From positions 11,529-75,528 of the forward strand of contig SAAW01000003.1 in the NCBI GenBank assembly GCA_009929275.1: a stretch of 64,000 nt of DNA, read 5' to 3'. How positions within the stretch are numbered: position 1 is the first letter of the stretch; each line of letters begins with the position of its first letter. The notes beneath the pieces were generated by a model. The model was given only the letters and a program-made list of their open reading frames with translations. It was not told where the DNA came from and did not search any database. Made by a program: the position numbers and the translations under genes. Source of the stretch: Clostridia bacterium. GTDB lineage: Bacteria; Bacillota; Clostridia; Christensenellales; UBA1242. Shown here in pieces: positions 1-9,426 of the stretch.

Positions 1-427
1 TCCCTCAAAAGATGTAAAGGATTTCCTTAAAGAAAAAAATGAAAATTTTTCAAAAATAATTTGTAATGCAAAAGAATGTTTGAAAAGAAACAGTGTCTCA
101 ATCTTTGACATAAAAAACCGATTTAATATTTTTAAAGATTTACCAAATGAAGTTTTAAAATATGTTGAAACAGAAGTGAAATATGAGGGGTATCTAAAAA
201 AGCAAAATATAATGATTTCGCAGATGAAAAAAAATGAAGATATAAAATTAGACCAAAATTTTGACTATAAGCAAATTAAAGGACTCAGAATTGAGGCTAT
301 GCAAAAACTTATCAAATTCAAACCTCTTTCGCTCGGGCAAGCCAGCAGAATAAGTGGAGTTTCACCCGCCGACATTTCTGTTTTAACAATCTATTTGTCG
401 TTATCAAGTAAAAAAGGAAAAAAATGA
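1..427 (+). CDS. mnmG: MnmG (GidA) tRNA uridine 5-carboxymethylaminomethyl modification enzyme, C-terminal fragment; 5' end outside window
   Basis: Frame is open from nt 2. The tail EVKYEGYLKKQ...GLRIEAMQKL...PLSLGQASRISGVSPADISVL matches the conserved MnmG C-terminus. The stop overlaps the rsmG ATG (ATGA), as in gidA-gidB operons. Confidence 0.85.
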   Translation, partial: PSKDVKDFLKEKNENFSKIICNAKECLKRNSVSIFDIKNRFNIFKDLPNEVLKYVETEVKYEGYLKKQNIMISQMKKNEDIKLDQNFDYKQIKGLRIEAMQKLIKFKPLSLGQASRISGVSPADISVLTIYLSLSSKKGKK

Positions 428-1134
428 TGAGTTTTAAAAGTGAGTTGGTTGAGATTTTTGAGAGATATAACTTTGTTTTGTCGCAAAATCAAGTGTCACA
501 ATTTGAAAGTTTTTTTGACATTTTGATTGAATGGAATGCAAAGATAAATTTGACTGCGATAACTGACACAAGAGAAGTTATCATAAAACATTTTCTTGAC
601 AGTGTCCTTCCTGAAAAATTGATTGACGAAAATTGCAGTGTAATTGACATAGGTTGCGGTGCTGGGTTCCCAAGTTTGCCTCTTAAAATTCTTAGACCAG
701 ACTTAAAATTTACGCTCGTTGACAGTGTTCAAAAAAAATTATTATTTGTTGAAGAAGTTGTTAAGAGATTAAATCTTCAAAATATTAAGGTTATTCATTC
801 ACGGGCAGAGGACTTGGCAATCAAAAGTGAATATCGAGAAAAATATGATGTTTGTCTGTCAAGAGCAGTTGCCGAACTGAATATCCTTTGTGAATATTGC
901 CTGCCGTTTGTTAAAATTGGAGGTATGTTTTTAGCATATAAATCTCAAAATATTGAAGAAGAGCTCGTCAGATCCAAAGTTGCTATAAAAACTCTTGGGG
1001 GAGAGTTTAAGGAATTAAAAATATATAATTTTGAAAACTTGAAACGAAACGTTGTTTATATTAAAAAAATCATTTCAATCCCAAAAAAGTATCCCAGAGG
1101 CAAAAATAAACCTCGTTTGAACCCAATTCTATAA
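424..1134 (+). CDS. rsmG: 16S rRNA (guanine527-N7)-methyltransferase RsmG (GidB)
   Basis: 236 aa with SAM-binding motif IDIGCGAGFPSLPL and the ...LSRAVA... motif. Synteny after mnmG. Confidence 0.9.
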   Translation: MMSFKSELVEIFERYNFVLSQNQVSQFESFFDILIEWNAKINLTAITDTREVIIKHFLDSVLPEKLIDENCSVIDIGCGAGFPSLPLKILRPDLKFTLVDSVQKKLLFVEEVVKRLNLQNIKVIHSRAEDLAIKSEYREKYDVCLSRAVAELNILCEYCLPFVKIGGMFLAYKSQNIEEELVRSKVAIKTLGGEFKELKIYNFENLKRNVVYIKKIISIPKKYPRGKNKPRLNPIL

Positions 1135-1233
1135 AATATTTTTTATTATAAAAGACTATTATTTTTTTAACGATTAAAAATCAATAGTTTTTTTATTTCC
1201 TTTTTGTTATAATAAAAATTAGTTAGGTGAGTT

Positions 1234-2022
1234 ATGGGGAAAATTATTTCATTTGCAAATCAAAAAGGCGGAGTTGGAAAGACAACAACATGCATAAATC
1301 TAGCGGCATACCTTGCTTTTCTTGGCAAAAAAGTTTTAGTTATTGATATGGATCCGCAAGGCAACGCAACAAGCGGATTGGGGATTAATAAATCATTAAA
1401 AATTAAAACTTTATATGACGCAATAAATGGTGATGAAGATGCTAAAGATGTTGTGCAAAAAACAAATTTTGAAAATTTGGACATTATTCCTGCAACTGTT
1501 GATTTGGCAGGCTCAGAAATTGAACTTGTTTCTATGATGGACAGAGAGCATATTATTAAGAATATATTAGCAAAAGTTAGTGATAATTATAACTATCTTC
1601 TTATTGACTGCCCTCCATCACTCGGGCTTTTAACTGTTAACGCTTTAACGGCGTGCGATTCGGTTATTATTCCTATTCAGTGCGAATTTTTTGCACTTGA
1701 AGGATTGAGCCAACTTATGAACACGATTAAACTTGTTAAAAAACATCTGAATCCAGAAATCGACGTGGAAGGTGTCATTTTAACAATGAAAGATAATCGG
1801 TCAAACTTAATTCAACAAGTTTCGCAAGAAATTCAACGTTTCTTTGGAGAAAAAGTATATAAAACTGCAATCCCACGAAGCATTCGTCTTGCTGAAGCAC
1901 CAAGTCATGGCAAACCAATTTTATCATATGATGCAAAAAGCAAAGGTGGGGTGTCCTATTTTGAACTTGCAAAAGAATTTTTAACTAGAAACAAGGATAG
2001 TTATAATAATATAACTAATTAA
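1234..2022 (+). CDS. parA: ParA/Soj chromosome partitioning ATPase
   Basis: Deviant Walker A NQKGGVGKTTT, then VIDMDPQGNAT and IDCPPSLG. RBS AGGTGA upstream. Confidence 0.9.
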   Translation: MGKIISFANQKGGVGKTTTCINLAAYLAFLGKKVLVIDMDPQGNATSGLGINKSLKIKTLYDAINGDEDAKDVVQKTNFENLDIIPATVDLAGSEIELVSMMDREHIIKNILAKVSDNYNYLLIDCPPSLGLLTVNALTACDSVIIPIQCEFFALEGLSQLMNTIKLVKKHLNPEIDVEGVILTMKDNRSNLIQQVSQEIQRFFGEKVYKTAIPRSIRLAEAPSHGKPILSYDAKSKGGVSYFELAKEFLTRNKDSYNNITN

Positions 2023-2117
2023 TTTTTTATTGAATTATCGTTCTGTATAAACAATCACTATTTGTGCTCAAAATTTATTTTATAAAATAATTTTAAGAAT
2101 ATAAGTTCGGCATAATC

Positions 2118-2148
2118 TTATCAACAATTTTTAAAATATTGTGGATAA
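2118..2148. promoter_or_regulatory. Pair of DnaA-box-like 9-mers in the parA-parB spacer
   Basis: TTATCAACA (2118-2126) has one mismatch to TTATCCACA. TGTGGATAA (2140-2148) is the perfect reverse complement of the consensus. The two are 13 bp apart in inverted orientation. Confidence 0.35.
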
Positions 2149-2181
2149 ATTAATTTTAAAAATAAAAGGACAAATATAAAA

Positions 2182-3102
2182 ATGAAAAGAGGATTAGGAA
2201 GAGGGTTAGATGCATTGTTTTCAATTTATGATGATAATGAAACAAAAATTGAAGCGAAAAGCGATTCTGGTCAAAATAAATTGTTAAATGAAGCAAAAGA
2301 CATCACAAATTCAAATGGTGTTGAAGAGATAGATATTCGCCTTGTTAACCCAAATAAAAATCAACCAAGGAAAAGGTTTGATGCAGAGTCTTTAAAAGAA
2401 CTTGCTGAGTCTATAAAAGTTCATGGAGTTATTCAGCCAATAATTGTTAATGAAGAACAAAATAATCACTTTACTATTATTGCTGGCGAGAGGAGATTTC
2501 GAGCATCAATCATTGCTGGCAAACAATCAATTCCGGCAATAATTAGAAGATATACTCCGAAACAAATTAAAGAAATTTCTTTGATTGAGAATTTGCAAAG
2601 AGAAGACCTTAATCCAATTGAAGCAGCAAGAGCGATTAAGGAACTTATGGATGACTATTCTTTAACACAAGAAGATGTTTCAAGCAGAGTTTGTAAAAGT
2701 CGTTCACTTGTTGCAAACACTTTGCGATTACTATCTTTAATGCCACAAGTTATTGATATGATTGAAAAAAATGTTTTGTCTGCTGGGCACGGGAAATGTC
2801 TTGTTGCAATTGAAGATAAAAATAAACAAGTTGAACTTGCAAAAATTGCAGTTGAAAATAAACTTACTGTGAGAGATCTGGAAAGGCTTTCTCGCGGGGC
2901 TCAACTTCAATCGACAAAAGGAAGAACTATTCAGCCAAAGCAAAGCCCTGAATTAAAAGAACTTTTACATAGAATGCAAAAAGTTTTAAATACAAAAGTA
3001 ATAATTCATGGCGATGATAATAAAGGCAAGATTTTAATTAATTATTTTTCTCGTGACGATTTAGATAGAATTAACGATTTTATTTTAAGATTTGAAAAAT
3101 AA
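2182..3102 (+). CDS. parB: ParB/Spo0J chromosome partitioning protein
   Basis: 306 aa with N-terminal RGLGRGLDAL, ParB box IIAGERRFRA and an HTH region. Follows parA. Confidence 0.9.
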   Translation: MKRGLGRGLDALFSIYDDNETKIEAKSDSGQNKLLNEAKDITNSNGVEEIDIRLVNPNKNQPRKRFDAESLKELAESIKVHGVIQPIIVNEEQNNHFTIIAGERRFRASIIAGKQSIPAIIRRYTPKQIKEISLIENLQREDLNPIEAARAIKELMDDYSLTQEDVSSRVCKSRSLVANTLRLLSLMPQVIDMIEKNVLSAGHGKCLVAIEDKNKQVELAKIAVENKLTVRDLERLSRGAQLQSTKGRTIQPKQSPELKELLHRMQKVLNTKVIIHGDDNKGKILINYFSRDDLDRINDFILRFEK

Positions 3103-3130
3103 TAATATATTGAAGTAATTTTAAATAAAT

Positions 3131-3146
3131 TGTTCCACGTGGAACA
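3131..3146. promoter_or_regulatory. parS site 1 (TGTTCCACGTGGAACA)
   Basis: Perfect 16-bp palindrome matching the parS consensus TGTTNCACGTGAAACA. The palindrome extends to 24 bp (3127-3150, AAATTGTTCCACGTGGAACAATTT). Confidence 0.8.
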
Positions 3147-3203
3147 ATTTATTTTTTTATTAAAAGAATTAATTAAAAAATTATAGACATAATCTTTACA
3201 AAT

Positions 3204-3219
3204 TGTTCCAGGTGGAACA
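3204..3219. promoter_or_regulatory. parS site 2 (TGTTCCAGGTGGAACA, one central mismatch)
   Basis: Same arms as site 1, with centre CAGGTG instead of CACGTG. Extended inverted flanks TACAAATT...AATTTGTA span 3197-3226. Confidence 0.65.
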
Positions 3220-3343
3220 ATTTGTAAAATAACTAATTTATTTATAATTGTAAAAAGTTTTTTAATGTATTCATTTTAAACTAAATAAATGTAAAGAAAG
3301 AATTTTAAAATTATTAATAACCAAATTTATTTTATTATGAAAT

Positions 3344-3359
3344 TGTTCCACGTGGAACA
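3344..3359. promoter_or_regulatory. parS site 3 (TGTTCCACGTGGAACA)
   Basis: Perfect 16-bp palindrome with the same AAATT/AATTT flanks as site 1. Confidence 0.8.
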
Positions 3360-3494
3360 ATTTGCAAATATTAAGATATTATATAAATATAAATAACAAA
3401 TAAATAACATAAAAATATAAATAATACATAAATTAAATTGAAAATGTTTATAATAAATGAATTTATAATAAAAAAATAACAATCTATATTAAAA

Positions 3495-3510
3495 TGTTCC
3501 ACGTGGAACA
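3495..3510. promoter_or_regulatory. parS site 4 (TGTTCCACGTGGAACA)
   Basis: Perfect 16-bp palindrome. Its flanks differ from sites 1-3. Confidence 0.8.
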
Positions 3511-3774
3511 TATTAATGGTAATTATTAAAAATAAAAAATCAAATAAAAATATATATAAAATTTAGTTATAAGTTTATAACTAGATTAATGACTTATAGT
3601 TCGGAATAAAATCCTTTCATTTGATAGATGCTACTTTTAGTTACTTTTAGAGCAAATTTTTGGTCGATAAAGATAAAAAATTATTTTATTATGAATAATA
3701 TTGTAAGAATATTTATTTGCATTGAAAATTTGTTTATGATAATATATATAATATTAAAGTTGGAGGATATTCGA

Positions 3775-6084
3775 TTGAAAAATACTAAATCAAAAGGACT
3801 TATGTTTTTTATAATTTCGCTTGTCGCGATAATTTTTTTAATATATTTAACTCAAGGAGCGTCTATTGGGACAAAAATTATTATTTCCGGCTCTTCTGTT
3901 AATGGAAATGGAACTATTGAAGAACTTATTGGTATACCCTCGGGAGAAACAGAAAATAGATATTCTCAGGAAAGTTTAATAAAATATATTGTTATAAGTG
4001 ACAGTGGAACGGGCTATGTTTTGAGGACAGATAGTGAAAATACGGTTGCTAACATTACTAAATCAAGCGACTACTACTTTAATTTTGTTTCAGAACAAGA
4101 ACTTGAAAAGTTACAATTTTATATTGATGATTATAATGCTTTTGCTCGCACACACAATGCACTTGAAGTCAATGCGAATGATCAATGGGTTATTATTTCG
4201 CAAGAATCTGTTCATGTTGGTACTTCTTGGTGGGAGAATTTATTGCCATATATAAGCATAATAATTATTGTCGGAATTGGTTTTATTTTAATTAAGAGTA
4301 TTTTAGGGGCTAATTCAAAAAGTTTTAATTTTGGAAAAACAAAAGCCCAGATTGCGCATAATGTTAAAATTAAGTTCACAGATGTTGCTGGTATAGATGA
4401 GGAAAAAGAGGAATTGCAAGAGATTGTTGAATTTCTTAAAAATCCCCAAAAATTTTCAGAATTGGGTGCGAAAATTCCAAAAGGAATCCTATTAGTTGGA
4501 CTCCCTGGCACTGGGAAAACATTGCTTGCAAAAGCAATTGCTGGCGAAAGTAGTGTTCCGTTCTTTTCAATAAGCGGTTCGGATTTTGTTGAAATGTTCG
4601 TCGGTGTTGGAGCATCAAGGGTTAGAGATTTATTTGATCAAGCGAAAAAAGAATCTCCTTGCATTGTTTTTATTGACGAAATTGATGCTGTTGGTCGTCA
4701 AAGAGGCGCAGGGCTTGGGGGTGGAAACGACGAACGCGAGCAGACGTTAAATCAATTACTTGTGCAAATGGACGGATTTGAAGATAATACGGGCATAATT
4801 GTCATTGCAGCCACAAATAGAAGTGACGTCTTAGACCCTGCTTTGTTGCGACCGGGCAGGTTTGATAGGCAGATTTTCATTAATCCTCCAGATGTTAAAG
4901 GACGCGAAATGATACTGAAAATTCACGCTAGAAACAAGCCGATTGACAGTTCAGTTGACTTCAAAAACTTGGCAAGATTAACCAGCGGATTTACAGGCGC
5001 AGACATAGAAAATCTTTTGAACGAGTCGGCAATTCTTGCAGCAAGAGAAAACAGAAAAATCATTACTATGACAGATATTACTGAAAGTATAAATAAAGTT
5101 TTAATGGGCCCACAAAAACGAAGCAGAATCATTACAGATAGCGATAAAAGAATAACTGCTTGTCACGAATCAGGGCATGCAATCATTGGGAAAGTTTTAG
5201 AGCATTGCGATGTTGTGCAAGAAGTGTCAATAATTCCGCGTGGAATGGCGGCCGGATATACAATAAGTCGTCCAGACAATGACGAAAGTCATATGTCATA
5301 TAATAAATTAATGGCGACAATCACTCAACTTTTGGGCGGGCGCGCTTCAGAGGAAATTCTCATAAAAGACATTTCCACTGGTGCTCAAAATGATATTGAA
5401 CGTGCCACAAAAATTGCTAGAAAAATGGTGATGGAATGGGGTATGAGTGTTAAACTAGGACCTTTGAACTTTGCATCAAACAGCGAAGTTTTCATAGGCA
5501 GAGATTATCAAACTCATGTGACTTATAGTGAAAATACTGCGTCAGAAATTGACAAAGAAGTAAAGATGATTATAGACAAATGCTTTGAAGATGCTAAAAA
5601 TATTATAAAAATACACTTGAAAGAAATTGACACGATGATTGACGTCTTACTTGAAAAAGAAACAATTTATTATAATGAAATTGAACTTATAATGAAAGGC
5701 AAAACATCAAAACAAGTTATTTCTCAAATGGAAAAAGAAGAGGTTCGCAATAAAGCAAAAATAGAGATTGAACGTGCTGAAGCAGAGTTGGAAAAAACAA
5801 GAAAAGAACAAAATATTAGAATCAAAACAGCAGAAGCATTAAAAAATGGCGGAGTTTTATCTCAGGAAGAAATTCAAAAAGTGAAAGAGGATTCTGTAAA
5901 AGTGATTACACAAGCAGAAGAAAAAGTTGAAGAATTAAAAAAGGAAAAAACCATAAATAAAATTTCAAAAAAGACTTCAAAAAAAGTTAAAAAAACTGAC
6001 GAGTTAATAACACCAACAAAAGAAACTCTAAAAGAAAAAGAAAAATCTTTAAAGACTAATGATAATGACGAATCCAAGAAATAA
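3775..6084 (+). CDS. ftsH: ATP-dependent zinc metalloprotease FtsH
   Basis: Walker [14 protein letters not shown], Walker [32 protein letters not shown] and zinc motif HESGHA. The ORF is open from 3628, but an in-frame TTG at 3775 sits 8 nt after GGAGG (3762-3766) and just before TM1. The C-terminus carries a Lys/Glu-rich tail of about 150 aa. Confidence 0.9.
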   Translation: MKNTKSKGLMFFIISLVAIIFLIYLTQGASIGTKIIISGSSVNGNGTIEELIGIPSGETENRYSQESLIKYIVISDSGTGYVLRTDSENTVANITKSSDYYFNFVSEQELEKLQFYIDDYNAFARTHNALEVNANDQWVIISQESVHVGTSWWENLLPYISIIIIVGIGFILIKSILGANSKSFNFGKTKAQIAHNVKIKFTDVAGIDEEKEELQEIVEFLKNPQKFSELGAKIPKGILLVGLPGTGKTLLAKAIAGESSVPFFSISGSDFVEMFVGVGASRVRDLFDQAKKESPCIVFIDEIDAVGRQRGAGLGGGNDEREQTLNQLLVQMDGFEDNTGIIVIAATNRSDVLDPALLRPGRFDRQIFINPPDVKGREMILKIHARNKPIDSSVDFKNLARLTSGFTGADIENLLNESAILAARENRKIITMTDITESINKVLMGPQKRSRIITDSDKRITACHESGHAIIGKVLEHCDVVQEVSIIPRGMAAGYTISRPDNDESHMSYNKLMATITQLLGGRASEEILIKDISTGAQNDIERATKIARKMVMEWGMSVKLGPLNFASNSEVFIGRDYQTHVTYSENTASEIDKEVKMIIDKCFEDAKNIIKIHLKEIDTMIDVLLEKETIYYNEIELIMKGKTSKQVISQMEKEEVRNKAKIEIERAEAELEKTRKEQNIRIKTAEALKNGGVLSQEEIQKVKEDSVKVITQAEEKVEELKKEKTINKISKKTSKKVKKTDELITPTKETLKEKEKSLKTNDNDESKK

Positions 6085-6114
6085 TTTGAAAATATCTTTG
6101 AGAAAAAAATAAAT

Positions 6115-6142
6115 AAAAAACAAGAAAATATTCTTGTTTTTT
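6115..6142. terminator. Intrinsic terminator after ftsH (A-run, hairpin, T-run; possibly bidirectional)
   Basis: CAAGAA-aata-TTCTTG hairpin at 6121-6136, flanked by AAAAAA and TTTTTT. Confidence 0.5.
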
Positions 6143-6209
6143 ATTTATTTATCTATTTATAAATCAAACAAAAAAAAGTAAAAAAAATTTACTTCTTTTA
6201 TATATTTTT

Positions 6210-6283
6210 TGGAGCAGGTAACGGGAATCGGACCCGTATTGCTTGCTTGGGAAGCAAATGTTTTACCACTAAACTATACCTGC
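6210..6283 (-). tRNA. tRNA-Gly (anticodon CCC)
   Basis: The reverse complement folds by hand as a cloverleaf: acceptor GCAGGTA/TACCTGC, D stem GTTT/AAAC, anticodon loop TTCCCAA, T arm ACGGG-TCCGATT-CCCGT, discriminator U, encoded CCA. Confidence 0.85.
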
Positions 6284-6400
6284 AAATTTATTTCTTTTGT
6301 AATATAACATATATTTAAAAAAAAGGCAATTATAATTAAAAAATCAAATTTATTTTGACAAAAAACTTAATATTCTTTAGACTAATATTAGAGGATAAAA

Positions 6401-7186
6401 ATGAATTATATTTTGTCACTTGATAATTATACAAACATTAATTATATGTTCACCACAAATCAATATGTCCTACTTTTAATTGGGTTAGTTATTGTTGCGT
6501 TTTTTTCTCTCTATTTTTTTCGCAAAAGATTTTCTTATCAAAAGATTTTTGTTCTTGTGATAAGTATTATTTTAATTTTTTTTGAAATTTGCCGAATTAT
6601 TTGGAGATATTTATATTTAGAACATAACTTTGAGAGTTTAACATTTGTGAATATAGTTGACTTAAATTTCTCAACAATTTGTGTTTGGCTTACGATAATT
6701 TTATCCCTGTTTGCGTTTTTTCAAAAAAAGAATATCACAACAAAAACTTTTGGACTAAGTTTTGTTTTTAGTGTTGCAACCTTTGTCTGCTTTATATCTT
6801 TAATATATCCCGTCGGGCTTAATAGCAATTTTGAATTCTATCACTGCTATAACCTTTTGTTTACTCTCACTCGAACGCTTGTGATTTTGCTCGGAGTCTC
6901 TTTCGCCTGTTCGGGTTGGATTTCAGTGGGGAATTTTTTAGATGTTTGGAGTGCTATCCTCTCACTATTATTTTTTGGAGCGCTATGCTTTTTTGTTGGG
7001 AAAATATTGGGAGAGTCATTAAATCTATTGTATGTAAACTATCTCCCACTTTTTGAAGATGTTGGAATGAGATTTCTAAGCCCTATTCATTATCTATTTA
7101 TCGGCGTATTCTTTTTCATTTTTCAATCAATAATTTACGCTCCATTTAGATTTTATAATTATTTTAAAAATAAAAATAAAAAATAA
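6401..7186 (+). CDS. Polytopic membrane protein, function unknown (possibly YwaF/TP0381-type)
   Basis: 261 aa with at least 6 hydrophobic segments and RBS GAGGA. The family assignment is a guess from size and topology only. Confidence 0.5.
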   Translation: MNYILSLDNYTNINYMFTTNQYVLLLIGLVIVAFFSLYFFRKRFSYQKIFVLVISIILIFFEICRIIWRYLYLEHNFESLTFVNIVDLNFSTICVWLTIILSLFAFFQKKNITTKTFGLSFVFSVATFVCFISLIYPVGLNSNFEFYHCYNLLFTLTRTLVILLGVSFACSGWISVGNFLDVWSAILSLLFFGALCFFVGKILGESLNLLYVNYLPLFEDVGMRFLSPIHYLFIGVFFFIFQSIIYAPFRFYNYFKNKNKK

Positions 7187-7234
7187 AAATTTGCAATTTG
7201 CTCAAATTTGTTATTTTGTTAAAAAAAGACGCTT

Positions 7235-8101
7235 TTACAAGTGCTTTTTATTTTGTTTAATTGTACTTTCAAAAGTATTCTTAAGGAGCATAGCAATTGT
7301 CATTGGCCCAACCCCGTTTGGAACAGGCGTGATGTAACTTGCTTTTTTTGAAACATTAAGAAAATCAACATCACCTTGAATCTTGTTTGTATTCTCATTT
7401 CTGTTTATTCCAACATCAACGACAATCGCGCCTTTTTTAATCATATTATTTTTTAAAAAGTCAATCCTGCCCACGCCAACAACAATGATGTCGGCAAGCA
7501 AAGTTTTTTCTTTAAGATTCTTTGTCTTACTGTGACAAACGGTGACAGTTGCATTTTCATTTAGAAACATCAAAGTTAAAGGTTTGCCAACTAAAATACT
7601 TCTGTTAATGATAACCACATTTTTGCCAACCATATTTATGTCATACTCTTTTAACAAAGTGATTATTCCACTTGGGGTGCAACCTAAATTTAGAGGTCTA
7701 TTATTTGTTAGAAGTTTTCCCAAATTTTTCTCACACAACCCATCTACATCTTTTTCTTCTGAAATTTGATTAATTATATTTTGAGAATTTATGTGTTTTG
7801 GCAATGGAAGTTGAACTAAAATACCGTTTATTGTGTTGTCTGAATTGAGTTCAAAAATTTTTTCAGAAAGTTCAACTTCGCTTACATTTTCTTCAAAATT
7901 GAAAAGTTCTGTTTTTATGCCAACATATTCGCAGGCTTTTAGTTTGTTTGCAACATAAATTAAACTTGCGGGATTGCTTCCAACAATGACAATGGCGAGT
8001 TTTGGTGGCAAAATGCCATCTGCAAAAAAGTTTTTTTCAATTGATAATTTAATGTCTTTTTTAATTTTTAAAGCAAGATTTTTTCCATCTAATATAATCA
8101 T
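7235..8101 (-). CDS. folD: Bifunctional methylenetetrahydrofolate dehydrogenase/methenyl-THF cyclohydrolase FolD
   Basis: 288 aa with YV..K.KACE..GI, VQLPLP, DVDG, CTP.G, GRS..VGKP and TPVPGGVGPMT-like (TPVPNGVGPMT) motifs. Confidence 0.9.
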   Translation of the reverse strand: MIILDGKNLALKIKKDIKLSIEKNFFADGILPPKLAIVIVGSNPASLIYVANKLKACEYVGIKTELFNFEENVSEVELSEKIFELNSDNTINGILVQLPLPKHINSQNIINQISEEKDVDGLCEKNLGKLLTNNRPLNLGCTPSGIITLLKEYDINMVGKNVVIINRSILVGKPLTLMFLNENATVTVCHSKTKNLKEKTLLADIIVVGVGRIDFLKNNMIKKGAIVVDVGINRNENTNKIQGDVDFLNVSKKASYITPVPNGVGPMTIAMLLKNTFESTIKQNKKHL

Positions 8102-8199
8102 AATTTTTCCTTAATTTCATTTTATCATAATGAAAAAGTATTGTAAATGTTTTTAAAAACGGTTTTTTTATGATAAAATGCTCAGTAGAAGGTAAAAAA

Positions 8200-9426
8200 A
8201 TGAAAAATTCGTTGAAAACAAATGATATTGAAATATATAAACTAATTCAAAAAGAGAAAAAAAGACAAGAAGATCATTTGGAACTGATCGCCAGTGAGAA
8301 TTTTGTGAGCGAGTCGGTTCTTGAAGCAACTGGGAGTGTTTTGACAAATAAATATGCAGAGGGTTATTCAGGTAAACGATATTATGGAGGTTGCGAATTT
8401 ATTGATAAGATTGAAAACATTGCCATTGAAAGACTCAAAAAATTGTTTGGTTGTGAACATGCAAATGTTCAAGGACACAGTGGTTCTAATGTCAATTTTG
8501 CAACATATTTTGCTCTTTTGAAACCCGGCGACACTATAATGGGGCTTAATCTTGCCGACGGCGGACATCTCACACACGGCTCAAAAGTTAATCTTTCCGG
8601 AAAAATTTTTAACAGTGTTTGTTATTGTGTTGGGGAAAATGGTCTTCTTGATTATGACAAAATTTTAAAGCAAGCACTTGAAGAAAAACCAAAACTTATT
8701 ATGGCAGGCACTAGTGCTTATCCAAGAAAAATTGATTTTAAAAAATTTAGAGAGATTGCTGACAAAGTTGGGGCATATCTTGTCGCCGACATTTCACACA
8801 TTGCAGGACTTGTCGCCACAGGGATTCATCAAAGCCCCATTCCATATGCTGATGTCGTGACGACAACCACACATAAAACTCTCCGCGGACCTCGTGGTGG
8901 AGTCATTATGTGCAAAGAGCAATTTGCAAAAAAGATTGACTCTGCAATCTTCCCCGGCTTGCAAGGAGGACCTCTCGAACACGTTATTTGTGCCAAAGCA
9001 GTTGCTTTTGGAGAGGCGTTAAAACCTGAATTTAAAACATATCAAGAGCAAATTTTAAAAAATGCAAAAGCACTTAGTAACAGATTGATGAGAAATGGGA
9101 TAAAACTTGTTACAAACGGAACGGATACTCATCTTTTATTAATTGATTTATCGCAAGAAAATTTAACAGGAAAGGAACTTGAAATTTTGCTTGATGAGGC
9201 AAATATTTCAACGAATAAAAATGCAATCCCAAATGACACTCGTTCACCATTCATCACGAGCGGACTTCGGGTTGGAACTCCCGCAGTCACAACAAGAGGA
9301 ATGAAAGAAAAAGAAATGATTTTGATTGCAGACATAATCACAGATATTATTAAAAATGGCGAAAAAGCAGTTAAGGAGTCAAAGCAAAAAGTTAAGAATC
9401 TTTGCTCTTCTTTTCCACTTTATTAA
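8200..9426 (+). CDS. glyA: Serine hydroxymethyltransferase GlyA
   Basis: [28 protein letters not shown] and [14 protein letters not shown] (PLP lysine). The ORF is open from 8170, but the ATG at 8200 follows GAAGGT and matches the family N-terminus. Confidence 0.9.
   Translation: MKNSLKTNDIEIYKLIQKEKKRQEDHLELIASENFVSESVLEATGSVLTNKYAEGYSGKRYYGGCEFIDKIENIAIERLKKLFGCEHANVQGHSGSNVNFATYFALLKPGDTIMGLNLADGGHLTHGSKVNLSGKIFNSVCYCVGENGLLDYDKILKQALEEKPKLIMAGTSAYPRKIDFKKFREIADKVGAYLVADISHIAGLVATGIHQSPIPYADVVTTTTHKTLRGPRGGVIMCKEQFAKKIDSAIFPGLQGGPLEHVICAKAVAFGEALKPEFKTYQEQILKNAKALSNRLMRNGIKLVTNGTDTHLLLIDLSQENLTGKELEILLDEANISTNKNAIPNDTRSPFITSGLRVGTPAVTTRGMKEKEMILIADIITDIIKNGEKAVKESKQKVKNLCSSFPLY

Noticed and set aside
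3127-3510. The repeated palindromes could be mistaken for a small CRISPR array or a transposon inverted repeat.
   Set aside because: The spacing is irregular (73/140/151 bp). The repeat is a 16-bp perfect palindrome equal to the parS consensus and sits next to parB. No cas or transposase genes are present.
3103-3774. oriC in the parB-ftsH gap.
   Set aside because: I found no perfect or one-mismatch TTATCCACA boxes here; the best is TTATAGACA with 2 mismatches. dnaA and dnaN are not in the window. It is kept only as a low-interest unwinding-element note.
3628-3774. N-terminal extensions proposed by the ORF track. Examples are ftsH from 3628, glyA from 8170, gpx from 25673, permease from 26154, DUF1667 to 42349, glpK from 45117, hydrolase from 46657, prmC from 47546, rplK from 54300, rplA from 54781, flavoprotein from 56316, degV to 60157 and adh from 60218.
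   Set aside because: In each case an internal start codon has a GGAGG/AAGGAG-type RBS at 6-9 nt and matches the conserved family N-terminus. The upstream extension has no homology, often contains promoter-like sequence, or overlaps the neighbouring gene.
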